A DNA stretch of 64,000 nucleotides from the human T2T-CHM13v2.0 reference genome, Homo sapiens, in the NCBI RefSeq assembly GCF_009914755.1, contig NC_060925.1; one strand, 5' to 3'. The notes beneath the pieces were generated by a model. The model made no database searches, was not told the origin of the DNA, and saw only the letters and a list, made by a program, of their open reading frames with translations. A program made the translations under genes and the position numbers. Positions 18,544 through 46,733 of the stretch are shown here, in pieces (position 1 is the stretch's first letter; each line of letters begins with the position of its first letter).

Positions 18544-19834
18544 GTATGTGTCTGGGGATAACCAGGAAGGGTTAGAGGGCCTTTGACACACAGAGTAGCT
18601 GATACCAAGCCTTAATTAGTTTGTCCAAAACTGCGATTAAATGTACGTGCAGGATTATTGCACTGGGGCATGTGTACTTGCATAGTGCTAACTAGATGGG
18701 TGTCCTCTAGAGAGGCAGTCCTGGTCTTCAAAGGGTTTATCACTGAAGATGTTTGTGGATTCCAAGATAAGCAAGAAGCATTGGTCTTGTCTTTTTAGTC
18801 TATGAACTTGTTTTACTGCTCACCCACCACCAACCTCAGCCTCCCTCATTTCTGTGGATACAGCCATAACCCTTCCCTGATGCCGCTGTCCCTCTCTCCC
18901 ACTCCTTCATGCAAGAATGACAAGAAAGACCGCTCAGGATCTCTTTGAGGAAAGGGATGTCTCTCCAAAATGAAATGCCAGTGGGGCTTCTCTCATCTAG
19001 GCTGTTGATCATTCCTGTGCACTCTGGGCCTCCCTCAGATTAATACTTTTATAGGCTGAAGTACCTGGCCTTGAGTGAGCTCTCTTGGCCTTGATCTGTA
19101 ACAGCAGACTAAGATCCAAGCTGGTGTGAGTGTTATAACTAAGGTAAAGGAGCAGCTGAATCTCCATCACTTGCCAAAATGGCTGGAATGGATCTGTATT
19201 GTCAGTTGGACAGCTAGGAAACAGGTTGTGTGTGGATGGCTATGCGTGGCCACCATCCCTTTTCTAGGGTTGCTGCTGCTGGAAGCTGCTTTGAGGCTAC
19301 TAGAGGACCTTTGAACTTATCTCTAGGGAATTGTAGTTGGCTGGGCCCGGGTTAGGTGCTGGAGTGGGACTGCTGTAGGGAAAAGATTAAAGGCCCTCTC
19401 CCTTGCTCCTATCTGCCACCTGAGAGAGTATTGCCAGCCTGATTCATTTAGTGTGAACAAGCAGCCATGGTCAGAAGAAGCTGACACCTGCTGAGCTGAG
19501 CTCCAACAGCCTAAGACCCTAGCTTTTGTGGGGGGGTGGTTTAGACTCTGAAGTCATGGGGCTGATAAGGTAATGACTGCTGGTTTTCAAAATGCTTTCT
19601 CCTTCATTGTTTGATTGGATCCCTCCTTCTGTCTCATGAGATTGTCAGAGCAAGGATTGTTTGAAATGTAGGTTAATCCTTTCCTTGAACTAAGTGAAAA
19701 AGAAAAAATGAAATGTAGGTTAAGTGTTTTTCCTACCCCGTCACACTGCCTCCTTGCATAAAACAGGGGAGATACAAAATGAGAGTGTGGAGGTGGAGGA
19801 TCAGGAAAGCCCCAGCCCCAACATTGGATTCTGA

Positions 19835-20111
<277 letters not shown>

Positions 20112-20643
20112 GCATTGCCTCCTTTCTTAGCTGCCTAACAACCCAGTTCACATGGAGTTGCACGTTTTGGTGTGATTGGCTTTCTCAAACCCACCCTTTG
20201 AGAGAGGATATACTAAATCATATGGAGTTGCTTAAAGTTCCTAAGCTTTAAGCACGTTTGCAGAGTGGGAGGTGATAATGATAGGGTAGATATGAGAATT
20301 AAATGAGATAGTACATAAATGTCTTACTTCAGTGCTCAGTGACGTTTTTATTTTCTTTAAACTATTAAGGGTTCTTGCTCAGTGAATCATCATCATTGTC
20401 AATCATCGTTACAATGCCCAAGCTGTTACCTTAAAATTCCTAAATCACCCAACTGATATTCTCATGGATCTGAACCACTGGCATTTTTGGAGTGGGGGAC
20501 AGGGAGAAGTGCAGAAAAGGATCAAAAGGCTGGGTTAGGGCACAGGTTCTTTTGGGAAAGGCACATTTGGGTGCGTGCAGAGAAGAGAGCTCTGGCCACA
20601 TCTTGTTCACTCTGGCACTGATGGCAATTTTCTTTCCCCTCAG

Positions 20644-20865
20644 CATGATGACCGTGAAGGCGAAGGCAGTGACAAGTGGGTGAGCCGGGGCCGGGGCCGA
20701 GGAGCCTTTCCTCGGGGTCGGGGCCGGTTCATGTTCCGGAAATCAAGTACCAGCCCCAAGTGGGCCCATGACAAGTTCAGTGGGGAGGAAGGGGAGATTG
20801 AAGACGACGAGAGTGGGACAGAGAACCGAGAAGAGAAGGACAATATACAGCCCACAACCGAGTAG
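20644..20865 (+). CDS. THRAP3: THRAP3 last coding exon
   Basis: cctcag|CAT GAT GAC (HDDREGEG...KWAHDKF...QPTTE), stop TAG 20863-20865. Confidence 0.96.
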   Translation, partial: HDDREGEGSDKWVSRGRGRGAFPRGRGRFMFRKSSTSPKWAHDKFSGEEGEIEDDESGTENREEKDNIQPTTE

Positions 20866-22200
20866 GGGCCACCCTTGACGGGATTCCTGCCCAGGGGAGA
20901 GAGGCGCTGGGAAGATGGCTGGTGAGGAGCTTAACAGAGGAACCTCAAGAAGATTCTGAAAATCCTACCCCCACCCCCCACCAGCCGCACAGATTGTACT
21001 ACCGCGAGAGGCATCCCTGGCGCTGTCTCCCACTGGACAGAGGAGGCTGGCCATGGGGCCCAGGGGTCAGGCCCAGCTTTTGAGCAGAATACAACGCATT
21101 GGGCTTTAGCTGTTTTTCTCATTTGTTGGTGTGTGGGGTGGGGGCAGGGGTAGGGCGGGAGAGCGATGCTTGGATTTTTGTTTCCTATTAGAAACCAACA
21201 GTTTTGTTCTAATTTCATTTCATTTGGAGCTAAGATGACTAATTTGATGATTTTCGATCTCTTTTCCCCTGTCCTGATTTTAAAAGCCCCCTCCTTTTTT
21301 TTTTTTTTTTTCTTTTTTTAGGCATATGTAGTAATATTAGAAACATTTAATTTGGGAAACTTTGATTCTTGAAAGAGAAAACAAAAGCATGTGAATAAAC
21401 TTTGAAGTGTTCACCTCAGTTTGGGACCAAACTGCTTGGATCTTTGTAAAAACCGGTTTTGTATGTCAAGGAGGAGTTTAAGGCCTTTCCGACCACCTTG
21501 TGTTCCCCTTTTCTGCGCAGCCATGTATCACGTGGAGTTGCTCCTTACCACACCTCACGTGCCCCTGAGCCCTATTTCCTGATTTCTTCTGGGCTGGACT
21601 TCCCCGTTCTCCACCAGCAGCTCCAGTATCCCAAACTTTCTAGTCCTGCTGATCCTCCCAGCAACGGGGTGGAAACTGGAGGGCAGTGTCTGGTCTGTTT
21701 TCTAAGAAACTTATGAATTCTATTATCTTTACAAATATGAGAAAATTTTTTCAATATTTTTTATTAATCTTTTTATAAAATGAAAAGAAACTCCTATGAT
21801 CGATTAAGGAAGGTGGTTATGGCTGGGTGGTTCAGGGGTTTTTTTGGGTTTCTTTTTTTTTCTTTGTCTTTTTAACCTTAAGCTGTTTAAGTTGAAGCAT
21901 TCTCAGATGTTTGGGGGGAAACATCCTCTTAAAATGGGTCCTTGTGCTTGCCTTCTGGGGAGGCGGTCCTGAGCAGGTGAATCATAAGGCATTTATGCAT
22001 ATGTTATATGCGGACTGCACCCACCTCTCCCCCCCAGCCTTTGCCTCTTGGGTTGTTGTGCTGCTTTCCCCTTACTTTGCTACATTTCTATAGTTAAGTT
22101 GGTTTTACTTGAATGATTCATGTTTAGGGGGAAAATGAAAATCTCCCTTAAAATTTGTTTCAACTCCTCCTGCAAATAAAATAAATGAAGTGGCAGATGT
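20866..22200 (+). terminator. THRAP3: THRAP3 3'UTR with proximal (AATAAA 21394-21399) and distal (AATAAA 22175-22180 and 22180-22185) polyA signals
   Basis: U-rich, repeat-free UTR; the distal hexamers are followed by a GU-rich tract at ~22229-22243; 3' end approximate. Confidence 0.75.
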
Positions 22201-23266
22201 AAACGGGTTCTGTTCATTGTCATCCTGAGTGTGTGTGTGTGTTGAGGGTGGTAGATAACTTCCCACGGCAGTTTCAGAAAACCTGAAAGACAAAGGGCCT
22301 GTGGGGCCTTGCGCAGGCTGCTGGAGTCCCAGACAGACACAGTCCTTCCTGGGAGGAGCATTGTGTACCTTGGACACCCCAGGAGAAACAGATTTTTTCC
22401 ACTGGTGTCATAGGCAAGGACTTTGGCTTCCTTCATCATGGTGGTGGGGCAGGGATCAAGGGATGTGGTTAGTAGGCTCAGCCTTCTACCTGAAAGAGCC
22501 TATCCCACATGGACTGGCCATAGGGTGGGCCCTAACCTTCAGACTCCTGCCGGCTGGGGACTCAACTGTGAGCAGAAATCTTGGAAGCTGGTAAAATTCA
22601 TTCTCCCGGCCTAACTCCCAGGGAAAACCTGGAGGTGTTTTCTGAAACCAAACTAGACCTCTGGCCCCAAAGCAGGGGTCTTTGCTGTGTCCTTCCTATA
22701 TGGGGGTAGAGAGTGGGTACGGGGCCAGAGAGGAGTACGCCTTGAAGGAAAGCAGACTGGAAGTGTCCACTCAAAGCTATTGCTGGTACAAGGGCAGCCA
22801 CTTCATTCACTCAAGGCCGGTTTAGAGCGGTTGCTACTTGCTGGGGGGCCCCACCCTGGTATGTGCCTCTCCCCACCTTTTCCCCTCAAGCCAAAAGCTT
22901 GTGAGCTGGGGAAGGGTGGGCCTGGAAAGGCTCTGTGCAAATTGTAGCTGGGAGCCTCCGGGCAAAAGCTGAGGGAAAGGGAGAGGCGGCTGGCCTAAAA
23001 TTTAGGTGGGCGGAAGAACCTGTGACGGAGCTGTGACCGCTGCACAGGCCAGAGACCCTGGAGTCCTCCTCACCCCGGGGTTGGGGGCCGGACCTGCTGA
23101 GCCGGGCCGCCCCCTCTCCACACCCACTCCCAGCACCTGGCCCGACCTATCGGCTGGCGGCTACGCCTCCTTTACCCTACTGTCTTGCCTCAGGTCGCAC
23201 CCTGCGCGGGCCCAGTACTCGGCCGTCAGAGGGAGCTGCCAGGCTCTGGAGGGCGCCCCGGAAACC

Positions 23267-23270
23267 ATGG
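23267..23270 (+). CDS. SH3D21: SH3D21 exon 1 coding part (ATG G)
   Basis: accATGG|gtaagt: strong Kozak context directly followed by a consensus donor. Confidence 0.85.
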
Positions 23271-23443
23271 GTAAGTGCGGAGGCTTTGAGGTGGCCTCTC
23301 TCTGCAACCGTGGACATAGCAAGAGCCCACACCACCCCCCGACCCCCGCTGCCCTCTACGGTGCTTGGGGACACGCCCGCCCTAGCCAGGCTGCCCGGCT
23401 GGGCCTTTCTGAGCCGCACGCCGGCCCCGTCTTCCGCCCGCAG

Positions 23444-23601
23444 AAGTCCTCGTCCTGGCCGGATACCGCGCGCAGAAGGAGGACGAGCTGAGTCTGGCGC
23501 CCGGGGACGTGGTCCGGCAGGTGCGCTGGGTGCCCGCGCGGGGCTGGCTTCGCGGAGAGTTTGGGGGCCGCTATGGCCTCTTCCCCGAGCGCCTGGTGCA
23601 G
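23444..23601 (+). CDS. SH3D21: SH3D21 exon 2, SH3 domain 1
   Basis: EVLVLAGYRAQKEDELSLAPGDVV...GWLRGEFGGRYGLFPERLVQ; ag/gt boundaries. Confidence 0.9.
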
Positions 23602-23687
23602 GTGAGGCCGAGCCAGGGGCGGGCTGTGGGGTCTCAGCGCGCGCCCCCCGGGAGCTGAGAGCGCCTTCCCCGTGCCCTGATTCCCAG

Positions 23688-23751
23688 GAGATCCCAGAGA
23701 CCCTGCGGGGCTCCGGAGAGGCGCGGAGGCCGCGCTGTGCGCGCCGCCGAG
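23688..23751 (+). CDS. SH3D21: SH3D21 exon 3
   Basis: cccag|GAG ATC CCA...CGA G|gtgagc. Confidence 0.85.
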
Positions 23752-23968
23752 GTGAGCGCAAGGGCGGGGACGGGCGCCGGTGGGCGGGTGCACGGAGCCA
23801 GTGCGACCCCGGCGTCTCCGGCTCTTAGTGACGGGCGCGGCTCTGGGCGGGACCTCGGGGCCGCCCTGCGGTCTGTGATTGGTTCTCGAGTGCAATGCTC
23901 CGCCCTGGGGCGGGGCTGGAGGGACCAAAGGCTACGTGCGCGCCTTGCGCTTCCCCCAGCTCCTCTGA

Positions 23969-24139
<171 letters not shown>

Positions 24140-24360
24140 TGAGGTGATGGGACCGTTTGGGGGAGGATGATGGAACGCGCCTCCCTAGTGAGCGGGGTGG
24201 GAAGTGAGGGTGTGGACGGTGGGAATGGCGACGGTGCAGATACGGGGAAGCGCGGGAGGGAAGGAGGGAGGAAGGGGCGCTTGGGCAGAACCAAGGGTGG
24301 CAGATTATCCTAGGGACTCGGGGCAGAACCAGACGCCTCTGCGTCCTCCCCTCTCCCCAG

Positions 24361-24451
24361 ATTGAGGACGGCTGGTGGCTGGGGAAGAAGAACGGGCAGC
24401 TGGGAGCCTTCCCATCCAACTTTGTGGAATTGCTGGACAGTGGGCCCCCAA
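24361..24451 (+). CDS. SH3D21: SH3D21 exon 5, SH3 domain 2 C-half
   Basis: IEDGWWLGKKNGQLGAFPSNFVELL. Confidence 0.9.
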
Positions 24452-24594
24452 GTGAGACCTCGACTCTGTGACCCTGTGACTCGCAATCTCCAATGACCCT
24501 CCCAGTGGCATGAGCCTGTGATTCACATATCCTGACCCTGTGACCCCTCTGACCCTCTCCCATGACCTAACCTGTGAATTAGCACCCTCCCTAA

Positions 24595-24732
<138 letters not shown>

Positions 24733-24761
24733 TAGTTCCTCCCTGCCCCTTCCCCCACTAG

Positions 24762-24807
24762 CTGAGCAGCCTGGCCTATGACAGCCCTCCAGACTACCTG
24801 CAGACAG
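24762..24807 (+). CDS. SH3D21: SH3D21 exon 7
   Basis: LSSLAYDSPPDYLQT, donor G|gtgagc. Confidence 0.85.
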
Positions 24808-24861
24808 GTGAGCACCCATCCAAAGGGTCCCCCACTCCCTCAGCCACTCCCAAGGTTGTGA

Positions 24862-25400
<539 letters not shown>

Positions 25401-25463
25401 TAGCTGGAGGGTCACTAAATGAGGGTGGACCTAGACATGTGGGGGCTCCTTTTGGATTCTAAT

Positions 25464-26373
<910 letters not shown>

Positions 26374-26391
26374 TACTTCTTTTCGGCATAG

Positions 26392-26434
26392 ATCAAGAAG
26401 CTGGTCCCACGGAAAGTGGTATCTCGGGAATCAG
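26392..26434 (+). CDS. SH3D21: SH3D21 exon 10
   Basis: catag|ATC AAG AAG...TCA G|gtgagt. Confidence 0.8.
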
Positions 26435-26702
26435 GTGAGTGCCCGGGGAGCCTGGGATTGGGGGGTGTTCTCTGGGAGACCCACCAGTCCAGTTGCTTAT
26501 AAACACCCACAGCACCCCAGTGGTCCAGTATGCCCCTATAGGAGCCCCCTCACCTGTGGGTCAAAAGCTGGGTAGGAATGTACGTGAATCAATGTGTGGG
26601 TCAGTTTGTGTGTGTGTTAATATGTCAGTGTTGCTCTGTGTGTCTTGAGAATGTGGCTATTGGTGGGTATAGATTTGTTTCATTTTGTAAGGAAACATAT
26701 GA

Positions 26703-35840
<9,138 letters not shown>

Positions 35841-35858
35841 ATAGTCAAACAAGATTAA

Positions 35859-36038
<180 letters not shown>

Positions 36039-36132
36039 TAAGGAGCAGGATGGGGTTGGGGGAAGGAGGAGGGTAGGAGGCAACGCCCCTCCCTGTGCCC
36101 CACCCTGAGGGCCTGATGAAGATATGTTCCAG

Positions 36133-36185
36133 GACATCTCGGACACCCAGCAGGGACAGTCAGAAGCTCACCTCCCGAGACTCAG
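36133..36185 (+). CDS. SH3D21: SH3D21 exon 12 (GC donor)
   Basis: ttccag|G ACA TCT CGG...TCA G|gcaagg; phase fits the next exon. Confidence 0.75.
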
Positions 36186-36298
36186 GCAAGGGCTGCCTTC
36201 CTCCAGTGCGGGGAGGACTGGAGGACAGGGATGGGGTGGCTGTGCGGAGGGACAGAGGTGGGAAGAGACTGAGGGTCAGAGTAGGCTTGGGTCCCTGA

Positions 36299-37672
<1,374 letters not shown>

Positions 37673-37787
37673 TGAGTGGGCAGTGGCGGGGGTTGTGGAA
37701 GGTAGGGTTCCCCCTAGCCCTCACCTGCGCAGCCCCTCACCTCCAGCCCTCACCTGCCCAGCCCCTCACCTCCGCCTCGGCCCGCAG

Positions 37788-37851
37788 GAGGAAGCTGACC
37801 GACATCTGGGAGGAGCTGAAGAGCGAGAAGGAGCAGCGCCGGCGGCTGGAG
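37788..37851 (+). CDS. SH3D21: SH3D21 exon 15, coiled coil
   Basis: RKLTDIWEELKSEKEQRRRLE, resembling the CIN85/CD2AP C-terminal coiled coil. Confidence 0.88.
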
Positions 37852-37901
37852 GTGAGGCGCGGGTCCCGGCGGGAGGGGGCTGACGGCGAGTGGCCCCCTG
37901 A

Positions 37902-38000
<99 letters not shown>

Positions 38001-39167
38001 GGGTGGGCCTGGGAAGGGACCGCGGCCTGACCTGGCTGGGGCCACCCACGTCCTTGCACACGACTTTGGGAAACGCGAGAAAGTAAACTCTGCCTAGCAC
38101 GGCGCCACGCCGGTCTGGTCGCTGGGGGCGGGGCCTGCGCGGGGGCAGGGCCTGGGCCTCCGCATTCCTGACGGTCCCTCCCAGGCACATCTGGCCAACA
38201 TGTGGCTCCCATTACCGTTCCCAAGGCCTGCGCGCGGCTATTTTTATCCACCGGATGGTGAGGGGCGGGGGAGGGTGTCTCCTTCGGACTCCAGCCGCGC
38301 ACTGGAGAAATGGCGGGCAGGAGGGGCCCAGGCGGGGTCGGGCTCTTGACGCCCGGCCTAGATTCCGGAATCCAGCTGTGCGCCGGGGAGGAGCCGGGCG
38401 GGCCTTCTCGCCAGCTCGGACCCCTCCCAGCTGGCCTCCCTGTCCGCTCAGAGGGACTCCTGCCCTCTCGCTTGAACGCACCTCGGCGCAGACGTGAAGT
38501 CCACCGTCCAGCCCAAGCACGCATGCTTACACCGGGGCTAGCAGCACCTTAGCCTCGAGGTCAGGGTCCTGAGGCCTGGTGTGTGTGTCATTGCAGTGTA
38601 TGAACCCAGGGCACTGTGGGGACAGGGCGACGTGTGTCCAGGCGTTTGCCGGTAAGGAATGCGTTTTGAATAAGGAATGCGCGCGCGCTTGCTCTGTGTG
38701 TGAGGCTGGGTGCAGGCCTGTGGGCTTCTGCTTTTCTGCTGGCTGTGAAGTGAATGCGGGCAGGTGTGCTGTATCGTCGGGTTGGTGGGTGGGGGTGGTG
38801 CAGCTAGGGTAAGGGAGTCAAGCTGGGCCTCAGTCCTGGGGCCCCTGCGTGGCAGGAGCCTGGGGGTCGCTGGGGGCAGGAGTAACAGAGGGAGAGACTG
38901 AGTCACTGAGAATGCAGCTTTCTTTCATTTGGTCACTTCACCTCTTCATCGACCCCAGAGAGGGAGTGGGGACCCTGCATGCTGCCCCCTCCCCGCCCCC
39001 GGGGTCTTCTGGCAGGACTGGGGAAGGGAGCCTCTCAGGGGGTGGCGGTCCACGCCCAGTAGCACCTGGGAGCTGTGGGGGCCGAGGCAGTCCGAAGGTG
39101 TGGGGTAGCTCTGAGCTCATGTGCAGGTCCGGTACCCCGAGCGCCTTGCAGCGGGAGCCGGGGCCCA

Positions 39168-39598
39168 TCAGTAATAGTGCATGCGGCCCAGGGTGCCCGT
39201 GGCCGTGGGGCTGGGCCCCAGCGTGCCTGTGCCCAGCAGGTCCGGCTGCCCGGTGCGCCAGATCTCCCGCAGGATCCGTTCGCGCTCCTCCAGCCGCTGC
39301 GCCCGCTCCAGCTCCTCCGCCGACGTGAAGACGTTGACGTTGAGGGGCCCGTCCGGCTCTGCGGACAGCTCGGGGCCCGGCAGCGTGTCGTCGGGGCCCA
39401 GCCGAGTCACCGTGTCCTCCTCGTCCTCGTCGTCGTCCTCGGGCTCCAGGGTGCTGCTGCGGGGGTCCCGGCGCTGAGCCGGGCCCCGGGGCCGCGGGCG
39501 GGGCGCCCACGAGATGCTGATGACGAGCAGGCAGAGGGTGAGCAGCAGGCCGAAGCAGACGCCCAGCACGAAGTAGAGGCCGAAGCTCTCGGGGTTGG
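39168..39598 (-). CDS. EVA1B: EVA1B (FAM176B) last exon; single-pass membrane protein
   Basis: ANPESFGLYFVLGVCFGLLLTLCLLVISISW...VFTSAEELERAQRLEERERILREIW...GRMHYY*. Confidence 0.95.
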
Positions 39599-39843
39599 CT
39601 GCGGGGCACAGGGCGGGGGTCACGGAGGGGCCCGGACGGGTGGGGGTTGTCCCACTTCCGAAAGACCCCAGGTTCTAGGTGTGGGGGCGAGGCCTGTAAC
39701 CCCTACTCGAAGGGCATTAGGGAACCGCCAGCGGGCAAGAGGGCGGGGAGCGGGGCGGAGGGGACGGACAAGGCGCTGGGGAGGGAAGGGGATGGTGGTC
39801 AGGGAAGGGTTCAGGCCCCCAGTCTTCCGGCGCCCGCCCTCAC

Positions 39844-39910
39844 CGCGGATGTGCGCGTAGGCAGCCAGGCTGTTGCTGAGCAACTCCATGTCCCTTCGCG
39901 GGGCATCCAT
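39844..39910 (-). CDS. EVA1B: EVA1B first coding exon
   Basis: MDAPRRDMELLSNSLAAYAHIR, donor G|gtgagg; 67+431 nt = 165 aa; exon acceptor at 39940/39941. Confidence 0.93.
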
Positions 39911-40331
39911 GCTGCTCTGGGGGGCAGCTCCCCTACCAGCCTGCGAGGTCAGCAAAGTCAGATCCTTCTCCCAGCCTGGAGCCCACCCCGACCCCTTCCG
40001 CGGGCAGCTCCTCTCCCGGGAGCCGCGGGCCCAGGTTCCACCCTGGAGAGAGCGCTTCCCTAACTTCGTGGCGGCCCGGGGCCCTGTCGGGGGGAACCCC
40101 TCTCCCGGGCGCGGACGCCCCTCCAGTCCTGGGAGCAGCGCCGGGGACCGCGGGAGGCCCCGCCCCCTGGTGAGGTCCCCAGCTGAGGCCCGGTTCCGCC
40201 GTCCCGGGGCGGGATGGAGGATAGGGACGCTGAGCCTCCACGCCCCAGGCGGGCTCCGGGAAGGGAAGCTGCCTCTCTCCTCGCCCGGCCGCCCCGCGGG
40301 GACCCACCGGCCCGGGGCCAGGCCCACTCAC

Positions 40332-40700
40332 CGTCAGCGCCCCGCTTCCCGGCTGCCCGGCCCCAGCGCGTCCCGCGGCCGCATACACTGGGTCCGGCCG
40401 CCCCCGCCCGCTCGGGTCCCGCCGCCCCTCCGGCCCCGCTGGGCTCCCAGGCCGCGGCAGCACGGGCGGGACACGGACCGAGGGACCAGCCGGCGGAAAG
40501 TTTCCTCCGAGGAAAGAGGAGGGACGGGGCGGGGCGGGGCGGGCGGGGAGGCGGGGAGGAAAAGGGCTGGGAGAGGAAGGGGAGAGGAGCGGGCAGCCGG
40601 GAGGAGGGAGAGCCCGGCCCGCGGGCCGTCCGTCCCCCACAGGAAACCGCCGGGGAGGCCGCGGCAGGGACCCGCCCCCAGGCCACTAACAGCAACAACA
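40332..40700 (-). promoter_or_regulatory. EVA1B: EVA1B non-coding first exon and CpG-island promoter with stacked GC boxes
   Basis: Minus-strand donor CG|gtgagt at 40332/40331; GGGGCGGGGCGGGGC run at ~40526-40556; CpG island ~37600-40750. Confidence 0.65.
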
Positions 40701-41789
40701 GAGAGGCTGGAGCTCTGCCTGCGTGCGGGCCAAGGGCTAAACCTTGGACAGGTTCTTTCACTTACTCCGCCTGACAACCCTGCGACGTGATACCATTATC
40801 CCCACTTCGCAGATCAAATAAACGGAGTCTTGGAGAGATTGAATTGACTTTACCAAAACCGTCAGGATTTGAATCTGCTGCTCTCTGATCCTAAAGCCTG
40901 AGCTAGAAACCACCGCTCCCCCTCCTAGGAGGCCCCTTCCAGGCAAAGCTGCTTCTCTTCCCCAGACCCATGCTGGACTGGAAGGGAGGGGACTGTCCAC
41001 CCCTCCTTCCAGGGCCCAGGCTTGAATGTGTCCCCTGGCCGAGCTCTGGTCTAGTCACGCAGGGTTAATGATTGTTGGACTCCAGCTTTGAGCCAGGGCC
41101 CGGCCAGCAGTCTCGCAGACCCCAGCGTGGGGCCTCTGTGCCTGCGAGCTCCTGCGCTCTTGTGCACCAAGCAGCTTGTGGCGGCTTGTGGCAGATCCCA
41201 CCCCATCCCGTCCCCCACCCCAAGGCTAAACCTGCCTGTGCTCACACACGCATTTCCCACCTGGGCTTGTGCATGCAATGTGGTGTGTGATCAGTGTGTG
41301 TGGCGGGGGGCTTCCTTCTGCCCTGTCTCCACGGGGCCCCCCCATCATGGACCTCCCCTCCCTTGCTGGAGCTAGAATGAGGGGGAGGCCGCCTTGGCGG
41401 GAGCCTTAGAGAGGAGGAGGAAAGGGGGAGAGGAAATTGCAGACATAGCTGAAGGCGCTGCCTGAGGCCTGTGGGCCAGCGACCCTCTCCCTGTCCGGGC
41501 TGCAGACCCCTACTCCCCCAGTCCCGAGACTGGGTTCAAGTAGAGGGCAGATCTAGATGGGGGAGGACTAGGACTGACTCCTATGGGGATGGAAAAGGGA
41601 CTCCTGGGTGTCTTTGTGACTGTTTAGTGTGTTCTGTGAATGTGCGGGCAGGTATTTTTGCCCACATCTGTATATTTGTCTATTAATGTGATGTATTTGA
41701 GTATTGTTGTGGGGGCGGGTATGTCTGTATATAAATCTGTGCAGCCACTAGTCAACAAATACTGTGTATGCCTAGCACTTCCTAGTCTA

Positions 41790-45680
<3,891 letters not shown>

Positions 45681-46733
45681 TAATAGGGACATTGAGTACC
45701 CTTTCTGGCACCTGGCACTCTGCCAAATGCTATGCACACTCCGCCCTTCAGTCTTCCCAGGAACCCTGTGCAGTTTGTAGCGTGGCTCACATTTGCCAAG
45801 AAGGAAGTGAGGCTCAGCGAGGTTAAGCAGTGCCTGTGGAGTCACATGGCTGCAAGTAGTGGCCTGGACTGGACTGCAGAGCCCATGCTCCCCACCGCTT
45901 TCCATGGGGCAACTCTAGGCCATCATTCTCCACCCCTCAGACCCAAAGCTGCCTTTTCATAATGCTTGCTGTTGCTCCCTTTATGCTCCTGAAATGAAAT
46001 TTATGGCTAATATGCCAGCCTTTACATCTAATTAAAAATCATCCAATGGTTTTTTTGTCCTTATTAATATATAAGAAATAAAAGGTAATGATAATGTGTT
46101 TGTGAAGTGCCCAGTTGCTGGGGAGGTCACAGCTCTGTGTACAGACTGATGCTCGGGTGTGGTGGTGTCAACGTCTGAAACGATGAATTTGGTAAAGTTC
46201 TGAACACAATGAAGTGCACGTTTCCTTCTCTTTACACAGTAGTTGCATTCCTGGAAAATTCAATGTATAGTAGAATGCATACACTCTTTGTGTTTATATG
46301 CAAAATGGAGTTAGAGCCTTGGCTCTGGTAATGAAAAACAAGCCTTTCACTTATGTTGTGCAGGATGTAGAATCTGCCTTCCTTCCAGGGCTGTCTGGAG
46401 TCCCTGGCGCCACCCTTGTAACTGCCAGTCATTGTGATGACCAGTCCCCTCATCCCTTCCCCCACAGTGGCCACAACAGGAAAGATTCCCGCCCTTATTC
46501 ATGGAGCTCAGCGTTTGAACAGGGGAGACGGGCATGATCAATAATTGGATATATGTCAGGTTGTGATGAACACAATGAAAAAAAAAATGAGTAAGGGGTT
46601 AGAGAAGTCCAGGTGGACAGGTGAGGGAAGGCCTCTCTGAGGAGGTGGTATTCTGAGCAGACACCTGAATGAGGCAGGGAGTCATGGAAATACCTGGGAG
46701 AAGAGCCTTCGAGAAAGAATAACCAGTGCAGAG

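Noticed and set aside
39620-40790. Overlapping 140-305-aa Pro/Arg/Gly-rich ORFs on both strands
   Set aside because: Expected stop-codon depletion in a CpG island; only the EVA1B exons have splice and protein support
45960-46320. AT-rich block resembling an old DNA-transposon remnant
   Set aside because: Could not identify termini or family with confidence
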